Positions 48,014 through 55,641 of a stretch of DNA of 64,000 bases are shown piece after piece (positions within the stretch are counted from its first letter, which is position 1; every line of letters begins with the position of its first letter). The position numbers and the translations under genes are program-made. The notes under the pieces were generated by a model that ran no database searches, was not told where the DNA came from, and saw only the letters and a list, made by a program, of their open reading frames with translations. The stretch is from Dehalococcoidia bacterium (GTDB lineage: Bacteria; Chloroflexota; Dehalococcoidia; Bin125): the NCBI GenBank assembly GCA_963662615.2, contig CAXXSR010000002.1:544001-608000 (forward strand), in the 5' to 3' direction.

Positions 48014-48879
48014 CGGCCGCGTACGATCCCTCGCCCGACGAGCAGGGGGCGGGCGTGGAGCTTCGCGATGCCCGCCGCGCCCGCGGCCTCTCGCTGGACG
48101 ACTGCCAGCGCGCAACGCGCATCTCGCGTCGGTATTTAGAGGCGCTGGAGGAGGACGACTATGCGGCGCTGCCCGCCCCCGTCTTCGCGCGCGGCTTCCT
48201 CCGCTCTTACGCGCAGTATCTCGGCGTGGACGCCACGACCCTGATCTCCCGCTTCCCCGGCGAGGCGCGACCCGGCGACGCCCTGCCCGGCATCGATGTG
48301 CTGGGACAGCCACCCCGCCGCCGTGAGGCTGCCCGCGACGCCCGCATGAACGCCTACGCCGATGAGCGCGGCTATGACGCCGGCGCGCTCTCGCCGATCC
48401 CCACCATTGACACCCGCACCCCCGGCGTCTGGCTGGGCCCCTGGCTCATCGCGGCCTTCGTGGCGCTGGTGGTCGTCGCCGTGGTCGTCGCCATCGTCAC
48501 GCTCAGCGATGACGAGGCCAGTCCCGGAGTCCAGGTCACGCCGCCCCCTGGCGTCGCCGTCGGCCCCTCCGAGCTTGAGCGAGAGGGCGAGATCGTTGAG
48601 CAGCCCCCCACCATCCTGCTCGAGACGATGCCCGACCTGACCCTGGGCACGGTGTCCGACTCCATCCCCGTGCTCCGCCGCTCCAACCTGCCCTTCGTCA
48701 TCGTTGAGGTCTATGACGAGTTCGAGCCCGCCGGCGCCGTGATCGATCAGGTGCCGCTGCCCGACACGCCCCTGGACGACGGCTCCGCCGTCACGCTGGT
48801 GGTCAGTCGAGGGCCCATCCCTACCGCACCGGCCCCGCCGCAAGAGCCGGCCCAGTCCGATGATCTACCCTCGGGCTGA
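48010..48879 (+). CDS. RodZ-like HTH protein with TM helix and C-terminal PASTA domain
   Basis: TRISRRYLEALEE...VFARGFLRSYAQYLGVD; TM; MPDL...GAVIDQVP...VTLVVSRG. Confidence 0.85.
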   Translation: MTAAYDPSPDEQGAGVELRDARRARGLSLDDCQRATRISRRYLEALEEDDYAALPAPVFARGFLRSYAQYLGVDATTLISRFPGEARPGDALPGIDVLGQPPRRREAARDARMNAYADERGYDAGALSPIPTIDTRTPGVWLGPWLIAAFVALVVVAVVVAIVTLSDDEASPGVQVTPPPGVAVGPSELEREGEIVEQPPTILLETMPDLTLGTVSDSIPVLRRSNLPFVIVEVYDEFEPAGAVIDQVPLPDTPLDDGSAVTLVVSRGPIPTAPAPPQEPAQSDDLPSG

Positions 48880-50201
48880 TGCGCTACCACCTCACCACCC
48901 TGGGCTGTCCCAAGAACACCAGCGACTCCGAGCGTCTGGTCCGCGTGCTCGCGGGGGCTGGACATGCCGCCGTGGAGGCCGCCCCCGAGGCCGATGTCCT
49001 CATCGTCAATACTTGCGGCTTCATCGATCAGGCGAAGCAGGAATCGGAGGAGGTCACCACCGCCCTCGCGCGCCGCAAGGCGTCCGACCAGCGGCTGCTC
49101 GTCGTGGGCTGCTGGTCCCAACTGGAGGCGGCCCAGATCCGCGATCGCATCCCAGGGGTGGATGCCACCTTCGGCATCGAGGCCTGGGACGCCATCGCGG
49201 CGTACGTCGGTCCCGGCCGGCCCCCGGACATCCCCGAGACGGGATCGGGACAGCGTCGCCGCGCCAGCGCCTACTTGAAGATCTCGGACGGCTGCGCCCG
49301 CCCCTGCACCTTCTGCAGTATCCCGCTCATCAAGGGCCGGCAGTTCCGCAGCGCCCCGCTGGACGAGCTCGTGGCGGAGGCCCGCCGCCTCGCCGACGAG
49401 GGGGTGAAGGAGCTGGTGCTGGTGGCGCAGGACAGCACTGCCTACGGCGAGGAGGCCGGTCTGCGTGACGGCACCGCAATTTTGTTGGAGCGCTTGGCGC
49501 GGGAAGTGCCGCGGGTGCCCTGGATCCGCCTCATGTACGCCTATCCCGGCATGGTGAGTCAGCGCCTCGTTGAGACCATGGCCGCCCTGCCGCAGGTCTG
49601 CCACTACCTCGACATCCCTCTCCAGCACGGCAGCGCCACCGTCCTCCGACGCATGAAGCGTCCCCACAACCTGACCATGGTCCAGGACACCCTCCAACGT
49701 CTCCGCCGCGGCATGCCGGACATCGCTCTGCGCACCACCTTCATCGTTGGCTTTCCCGGCGAGACCAAGCGCGAGTTCGACGAGCTGCTTGCCTTCGTGC
49801 AAGAACAGCGCTTCGACCGCGCCGGGGCCTTTACCTACTCACCGCAAGCGGGGACGCCGGCCGCCACCATGCCCGCGCAGGTGCCGGAGAAGGTGAAGCG
49901 GCGGCGCCTGAAGCGCTTGATGAACGCGCAGCGACGCGTCTCCGCGGAGATCAATGCGTCGCTGCTGGGCCGCGAACTCGCCGTCCTGGTGGAGTCGGTG
50001 GAAGGCCAGACGGCGCCCGACGGCGCCCCGATCTTCGTGGGGCGCTCCTACCGCGACGCGCCGGAGGTGGACGGCTTGGTCTTCTGCCACGGTCTCGCGC
50101 GCCCCGGCACGATGCCGCGGGTGCGCGTCACCGGCGCCCTCGAGCACGATCTCCTCGCCGAGCCCGTCGACGCCGACACCTTCGCGCTGCTGGTTCGCTG
50201 A
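48879..50201 (+). CDS. rimO: Ribosomal protein S12 methylthiotransferase RimO
   Basis: LGCPKNTSDSE, NTCGFI, AYLKISDGCARPCTFCSIP, YLDIPLQH, DAPEVDG. Confidence 0.95.
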   Translation: MRYHLTTLGCPKNTSDSERLVRVLAGAGHAAVEAAPEADVLIVNTCGFIDQAKQESEEVTTALARRKASDQRLLVVGCWSQLEAAQIRDRIPGVDATFGIEAWDAIAAYVGPGRPPDIPETGSGQRRRASAYLKISDGCARPCTFCSIPLIKGRQFRSAPLDELVAEARRLADEGVKELVLVAQDSTAYGEEAGLRDGTAILLERLAREVPRVPWIRLMYAYPGMVSQRLVETMAALPQVCHYLDIPLQHGSATVLRRMKRPHNLTMVQDTLQRLRRGMPDIALRTTFIVGFPGETKREFDELLAFVQEQRFDRAGAFTYSPQAGTPAATMPAQVPEKVKRRRLKRLMNAQRRVSAEINASLLGRELAVLVESVEGQTAPDGAPIFVGRSYRDAPEVDGLVFCHGLARPGTMPRVRVTGALEHDLLAEPVDADTFALLVR

Positions 50202-50221
50202 CTCCGGCGCTCAGAGGGCGC

Positions 50222-50515
50222 TCAGAGCGCGTGCAGGATCTCCGTCTCCACGTCCGTGAGTTCGGCGTCCACGTGCAGCCCCTCCACGAAGTTGAGCACC
50301 TTCATCAGCACCGCGTGGCAGTGCTTGGCGTCGTTGCTGACGCAGACGATGCCCACCGTCGCGACCTGGAGATCGTCCTGCGTCTCCACCTCGGCTACGG
50401 CCACGTTGAACTTGTGCCCCACGCGGTCCACCAGCCGGCGCAGCACGGCCCGCTTGCCCTTGAGGGAGCGGTTCTCCGCCAGGGTGAGCGTGAGCCGCAG
50501 ACAGCCCACGACCAT
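50222..50515 (-). CDS. DUF503-family protein (YlxP-like)
   Basis: MVVG, SLKGKR, KFNVAVAEV. Confidence 0.88.
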   Translation of the reverse strand: MVVGCLRLTLTLAENRSLKGKRAVLRRLVDRVGHKFNVAVAEVETQDDLQVATVGIVCVSNDAKHCHAVLMKVLNFVEGLHVDAELTDVETEILHAL

Positions 50516-50559
50516 GATTCGGCCTCCGTCTGCCGGTCCCGCGGGGCTCGTGCCGGCCG

Positions 50560-51510
50560 CTAGTCGCCCGCGGCGGCTGCCGCCATGCGTTCCGACGGCA
50601 CAGCTTCCGACGGCACGGCTGCCGACGGCACAGCTGCCGACGGCACAGCTGCCGACGGCACGGCTTCCGGCGGCACAGCTTCCGACGGCACGGCTTCCGG
50701 CGGCACGGCTGCCGGCGGCGCCTCCCGCTGCGCGGAGTCCCGCCGCAGGGCTTGTTCCAGGGCCAGCACGCCTTGCTCCCCCGCCGGGGCCTCGGGAAGG
50801 GGCGGCAGCTCGGTCACGCGGCTGAGCCCGAAGTGCTCCAGAAAGCGGCCCGTCGTCGCCCAGAGGTGCGGACGGCCCGGCGCCTCCACCTGGCCCGCGT
50901 GCCGGATCAGGTCCCGTTGCCGCAGCGTCCCCAGGGTCCCATCGCAGGCGACACCTCGCACGGCCTCAATCCCCGCTCGGGTGACTGGCTGACGATAGGC
51001 GATGATCGCCAGCGTCTCCAGCGCCGCCTTGGACAGCCGGTTGGGCCGTTCCACGCCCAGGAGCCGCTCCACGAACGGCGCCGCTTCCGGGGCCGTGACC
51101 AGCCGCACGCGAGAGCCGCCGCGCTGCAGGCGAACGCCGCGATGCGCGCTCGCGCGCTCCAGCGCGTCCAGGGCCTCCTCCACCGCGTCCGGCGCGACGT
51201 TGGTGGCGTGCGCCAGTTGGGAGATCGAAGGCGGCTCGTCCGCCGCCAGCAGCAGCGCTTCCAGGACCAGCGGGATGTTCGCCGGCGTCTCGCTCTTCTC
51301 ATCCGTCTCAATCACCGTCAGCACGGCCGGCCCGCGCCCTTCGCCGCCCCCCGGCGGCGCTGCGGGCGCTGGCGCCGACTGGCCCCCCGGAGCCGGGAGA
51401 GCCTCTGGCTCATCGTCCGCCGATCGGGTCGCAAGACGCAGGAACTCCGGCGGGGGAATGTCTGCTGATGCGGGGTCGGCCAGAGGGAGAGCCGCGGGCA
51501 GTGGCTCCAT
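50560..51510 (-). CDS. scpB: SMC-Scp complex subunit ScpB
   Basis: LEALLLAA, LSKAALETLAIIAYRQPVTR, PGRP, FLEHFGL, LPPL. Confidence 0.93.
   Translation of the reverse strand: MEPLPAALPLADPASADIPPPEFLRLATRSADDEPEALPAPGGQSAPAPAAPPGGGEGRGPAVLTVIETDEKSETPANIPLVLEALLLAADEPPSISQLAHATNVAPDAVEEALDALERASAHRGVRLQRGGSRVRLVTAPEAAPFVERLLGVERPNRLSKAALETLAIIAYRQPVTRAGIEAVRGVACDGTLGTLRQRDLIRHAGQVEAPGRPHLWATTGRFLEHFGLSRVTELPPLPEAPAGEQGVLALEQALRRDSAQREAPPAAVPPEAVPSEAVPPEAVPSAAVPSAAVPSAAVPSEAVPSERMAAAAAGD
50590..50719 (-). repeat. 15-bp coding tandem repeat (AVPSE/AVPPE/AVPSA), about 8 copies, in the ScpB tail
   Basis: Read directly. Confidence 0.9.
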
Positions 51511-51845
51511 CGCTGCAGTCTTCCTACCCCGTCGCCACCAAGCGGGAGCGCGGCTACCGTAACACGCGACCTTTCAGCGCTCCACCGTTCCCACCATCCC
51601 GCCCCAGCCCGGCGCTCAGGGACCAGACTCGTCCCCAGGCCAGACAGGGAGCAGCGCTCGCGGGCCGCTCGGCAACCCCTACCCCCCCGGCGGCTCCAGA
51701 TGGCGTTGACATATTCTGTGACCCTGGCGTCACGCACCCGCTCCCAACAGGTCTACCGACAGACACCGCGTTTCGATCGAGTGAAGGTGGGGATGCCGCG
51801 CCGCGCACGGGAGCGGCGGTCGTCACTATCCCGGAGGAAGTTCAC

Positions 51846-52466
51846 ATGGTCGAGCGACCGCCCGCGGTCCCGTCGGACGTCGGCGCAGACGCCGACGCTC
51901 CCACCGCCGAAGCCGCGACTCGCGCCACCGTTGGGGCCTGCCAGAGTTGCGGTGCCCTCTGGACCGGCGAGGGACGCTGCCGCAGGTGCGGTGGCTCGGT
52001 CGTGAGCTTGCGGCCCGCGCACCGAGGCTCCAGCGCCTCGATCGACGCCACGCGGCTGGCGCCTCTCACAGCATCCCAGCTTCTCAAGTCCGGCCAGGCC
52101 GCCGGCTTCTGGATCCGCTTCTTTGCCTCGTTCATCGACTGGATCGCGCTCTCGGCGGCGAGCACCGCGCTGTCGCTGCTACTCGGATCCGGCGCGGGTG
52201 CGGTATTCGCCGTATTGGGGGTCACCCTCCTCTACTTAATCCTCGCCGGGGCCGGCGGCCAGTCGCTTGGCAAAGCCGTGTTGGGCATCAAGATCGTCAC
52301 CTTCGACACCGGAGAGCCGCCCGGTCTTGGCCGCGCCCTGATCCGTCACGTCGTCTCCATCTTCAGCGCGATCGTCCTCTTCCTCGGCTACTTCTCGATG
52401 CTCGGGGACTACGACAAGCGCACCTGGCACGACAAAGCCGCAGGCGTCCGCGTCGTCTATATCTGA
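51846..52466 (+). CDS. RDD-family membrane protein with N-terminal zinc ribbon
   Basis: GGAGG RBS; CQSC...CRRC; AGFWIRFFASFID, GQSLGK, KRTWHDK. Confidence 0.9.
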   Translation: MVERPPAVPSDVGADADAPTAEAATRATVGACQSCGALWTGEGRCRRCGGSVVSLRPAHRGSSASIDATRLAPLTASQLLKSGQAAGFWIRFFASFIDWIALSAASTALSLLLGSGAGAVFAVLGVTLLYLILAGAGGQSLGKAVLGIKIVTFDTGEPPGLGRALIRHVVSIFSAIVLFLGYFSMLGDYDKRTWHDKAAGVRVVYI

Positions 52467-52614
52467 GAGATCGCCGGCTCCCGGCCGGAGTGCCCGCGTC
52501 CGACCGGCCCGCCCCGGCGGCCGCTATCCGCGCGCTTCTTCCCTGGCGACAACCGGCAGCGTCAGCCCCAGCGGCGGAGCCGCATCAGGGATAGCTCCTC
52601 GTCCTCGCGCCCTC

Positions 52615-52806
52615 ATGGAGCCGCCCACGCTTTCCTGGGGCACGCTGCGCTACTATGCGCTGGGAGGGTGCACCGTGGTCGAACTTGGCTTGGCCATTCT
52701 CTTCCTGATCATCCTCGTGCCCGCCGACCGCCGGCTGCTGCAGGAAGCAACCGACAGGGTCCGCGCCATCCTTGATTGGCTTGAGCGCTCCTCAGCCCAG
52801 CGTTGA
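52615..52806 (+). CDS. Small single-TM hypothetical protein, 63 aa
   Basis: Hydrophobic segment followed by an amphipathic helix. Confidence 0.5.
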   Translation: MEPPTLSWGTLRYYALGGCTVVELGLAILFLIILVPADRRLLQEATDRVRAILDWLERSSAQR

Positions 52807-52900
52807 GTTCTTCAGAACGTATGCGCTAAGCTGATCCTGATCGCTGGGCGCCACCGGCTCCCGGCCGGTGCCTCGCCCCGGGCGACACCAGGGACCCCAC

Positions 52901-53107
52901 ATGGCCGTGCCTTTCACTCGTTCCATCCAGCGGTCCTTCCCTCTGCGACTGCCAATGCCGCGGGCGACCGCCCGGCGCGCCCGGCAACGACGTCCCCTGC
53001 CCCTGCGCCTCCCCGCCCCCACGACCTGCCCGGACTGCCAAGGGCCCACCGCGCACGGTGAGGGCTTCCTCACCTGCGTCGTCTGCGGGTATCGCCGCGC
53101 CGCCTAG
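52901..53107 (+). CDS. Small basic protein with C-terminal zinc ribbon
   Basis: CPDCQGPTAHGEGFLTCVVCGY; AGGGA upstream of the ATG. Confidence 0.65.
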   Translation: MAVPFTRSIQRSFPLRLPMPRATARRARQRRPLPLRLPAPTTCPDCQGPTAHGEGFLTCVVCGYRRAA

Positions 53108-53215
53108 CGGGCGGGCCCGCATGCTCTTGCCTGGCCCGGCCCCGCCCCACTCCATACGATGGGACCCCTGCCTCGTCGCTTCCGCGGCGAGTCCAAGGGG
53201 GGTGCGGGCCACATC

Positions 53216-53392
53216 GTGAGCGGCTTCGAACTCCTTCTCGTCCTCTTCGCCGTCCTGGCCGCGCTCTACGCCACCGGCGCCCTGCCCCGAGCGCGGCTCC
53301 GGAGCATCTACCGACGCGTTCGCCTCTTGGGGCTCCTCTGGGCGTTGGTGATCGTCCTCTTCGCGGCCGGCCGCCTCTTCAACTTTCCCTAG
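53216..53392 (+). CDS. Small two-TM hypothetical protein
   Basis: FELLLVLFAVLAALYA and LLGLLWALVIVLFAA separated by an Arg-rich loop; start could be 53159. Confidence 0.6.
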   Translation: MSGFELLLVLFAVLAALYATGALPRARLRSIYRRVRLLGLLWALVIVLFAAGRLFNFP

Positions 53393-53438
53393 CCCCTCGC
53401 GTCGCCCAGCCCGCTCCGCAAGCGCGTACCCTCTGGCC

Positions 53439-54584
53439 GTGCGCTTTGTGCTTGCGCCCCAAGAGTTCAAGGGCAGCCTCACCGCTGTGGAGGCGGCACA
53501 GGCCATGGCCGACGGCGTCCGGCGGGCGCTGCCCCACGCCGATCTCGACCTTGCCCCCCTCGCCGACGGCGGCCCCGGCACCGTTGAGGCGGTCGTCACC
53601 GCCGCCGGCGGGCGCTACTCTTACGCGCGCGTTCAGGGGCCCCTCGGAGCGCCCGTCGACGCCCGTTGGGGCCGCATCGACGACGGCGCAACCGCGGTGA
53701 TCGAGATGGCCGCCGCCTCGGGACTGCTGCGACTGGATCCCCAACGCCTCGACCCCCGTCGCGCCGGCACACACGGCACCGGCGAGCTGATCGGCGCCGC
53801 CCTCGACGCCCGCGTGCGCCGCATCCTCATCGGTGTGGGCGGCAGCGCCACCAACGATGGCGGCGCCGGCATGGCCGTCGCGCTCGGGGCCCGCCTGCTC
53901 GATGACGAGGGCCGTGCGCTCCCCCCCGGCGGCGCCGCGCTCGCCCGCCTGGCGCGCATTGATTGCTCGCCCAATGACGGCCCCGGGCTGGACCCGCGCT
54001 TGCGCGATCTGGAGGTCGTAGTCCTGGCTGACGTCAGCAACCCGCTGATTGGGCCGGACGGCGCTAGCGCCGTCTACGGGCCGCAGAAGGGCGCCGACCC
54101 TGTCGCCGTTGCTGAGCTGGATCGGGCGCTCCGCCATTACGCCGACATCGTCGCCCGCGATCTCGCCATAGACATCGCTACGTTCCCGGGAGGCGGTGCC
54201 GCCGGCGGCCTTGCGGCGGGCCTGGTCGCCTTCGCCGGCGCGCGCCTGGAACCGGGCGTGAAGCGCGTGGCCGAGGCCGTGCGCCTGCGCCAACGGGTGG
54301 GGCGGGCGGACGCCGTCATCACCGGCGAAGGCCGCTTGGACCGCCAGTCCACCTTCGGCAAGACGGTCGCCGGTGTCGCCGCCATCGCCGCTGACGCCGG
54401 TGCGCCCTGCCTCGCCGTGGCCGGGACCCTCGCCGACGAGGAGAGCGTCCGCGCCCTCCCCGGCCTCACCGACGTCGAAGCCGCGGCGGCGGCGGATGAG
54501 CCGCCGGACCGGGCCATGGCGCAGGCCGCTGCGTCCCTTCGCGCCGCGGTGGAGCGCATCGTCCGCCGCCATTTCCCGACCTGA
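53439..54584 (+). CDS. Glycerate kinase (GarK/GlxK class)
   Basis: APQEFKGSL, ADGGPGT, GGSATNDGG, VYGPQKGA, ITGEGRLD. Confidence 0.94.
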   Translation: MRFVLAPQEFKGSLTAVEAAQAMADGVRRALPHADLDLAPLADGGPGTVEAVVTAAGGRYSYARVQGPLGAPVDARWGRIDDGATAVIEMAAASGLLRLDPQRLDPRRAGTHGTGELIGAALDARVRRILIGVGGSATNDGGAGMAVALGARLLDDEGRALPPGGAALARLARIDCSPNDGPGLDPRLRDLEVVVLADVSNPLIGPDGASAVYGPQKGADPVAVAELDRALRHYADIVARDLAIDIATFPGGGAAGGLAAGLVAFAGARLEPGVKRVAEAVRLRQRVGRADAVITGEGRLDRQSTFGKTVAGVAAIAADAGAPCLAVAGTLADEESVRALPGLTDVEAAAAADEPPDRAMAQAAASLRAAVERIVRRHFPT

Positions 54585-54603
54585 AGCGGGCACTCCCGGC
54601 GGG

Positions 54604-54972
54604 TTAGTTCATCCCCAGCTCGTCCAGCCGCTCGTCGTCAATGCCGAAATGGTGGGCCACTTCGTGCAGGACCGTCTTGCGGACCTGCGTCACCACCTGC
54701 GCGTCGGTGCGACAGATCGCCTCAATCGCCTCTTGGTAGATCATGATCCGATCCGGCAGCGTATTGCCGTAATAGCTGCTCCGGGCCGTGAGCGGATGAC
54801 CCTGGTAGAGCCCCAGCAGCCACCGTCCTGGCCCCATGCCGGTCGCTTCGCGCTCCTGCGCCGTTGGGCGCGCCCGCACAATGATCTCCACGTTCTCTAT
54901 CCGCGAGGCCAACGCCTCCGGGATCGACTCGAGCGCCGCCGCCACCAAGCGGCGAAAGCGGGCGCGATGCAT
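54604..54972 (-). CDS. Zincin-like minimal metallopeptidase (Zincin_1/DUF1025)
   Basis: LLGLYQG, PDRIMIY, TVLHEVAHHFGIDDERL. Confidence 0.92.
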   Translation of the reverse strand: MHRARFRRLVAAALESIPEALASRIENVEIIVRARPTAQEREATGMGPGRWLLGLYQGHPLTARSSYYGNTLPDRIMIYQEAIEAICRTDAQVVTQVRKTVLHEVAHHFGIDDERLDELGMN

Positions 54973-55120
54973 CCTCGCTCCACCTCCGTCCCGCCATTCT
55001 ATTCCCCTCGGCCTCGGCGCCTGCGGCGCGCGCCTACGGCGGCTCCCTTTCCCGTCGATGATCGTGCAGGGCTGCGCGACGGCCGGCCCGTCCTCACGGC
55101 CCGCCGCTGGAGGCCTCGTC

Positions 55121-55579
55121 ATGCGACTGACCCACTTGCTCCGGCGCGCCCTCCGCCGGCCCAGCCGCTTGGAGCGGCTTGTGGAGCAGAGCCTGCGCGA
55201 GGGCGTGGGCCTGCATCGCAACGTCTGGCACCTCACCAACCTGCCCCTGGCGTCTGACGACCTGGGCTCCGTGGCGACTGCGGTCTCGGCCTGGGTGGAA
55301 CAGCAGATGGGGCGAACTCGTAAGCCCCACGGCATTGACCACCTTGCGGTCGGCCTCGCCTGCGCGCCGGTCGGCCGGGCGCCCATCGCCAGCGTCTCAC
55401 TGGGCGTGTTCCGCCCCGCGGACTACTACGGCGACGGTGGCACCCGCGATCAGATTGAGGAGTTCGTGCGTGATCTGCCGCTGAGCGCCATCAATGAGGG
55501 CCGCTCCGCCGTCCGCATCGCCGCTGCGCTGTTCTCGTGGGGCGATCTCGCCCGCGCCACCGTCTTCCGCGACGACTAG
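55121..55579 (+). CDS. Hypothetical protein
   Basis: GGAGG RBS before ATG 55121; globular composition. Confidence 0.7.
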   Translation: MRLTHLLRRALRRPSRLERLVEQSLREGVGLHRNVWHLTNLPLASDDLGSVATAVSAWVEQQMGRTRKPHGIDHLAVGLACAPVGRAPIASVSLGVFRPADYYGDGGTRDQIEEFVRDLPLSAINEGRSAVRIAAALFSWGDLARATVFRDD

Positions 55580-55593
55580 CCTGCGCGTCCGCA

Positions 55594-55641
55594 GCCGCTA
55601 CGGCACCCCGCCGCTACGGTATCCAGCCGCTATGGCACCCA
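55594..55641. repeat. Degenerate 16-bp triplication of the PBP gene 3' end including its stop
   Basis: Minus strand reads WVP*, WIP*, GVP* at 16-bp spacing. Confidence 0.85.
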
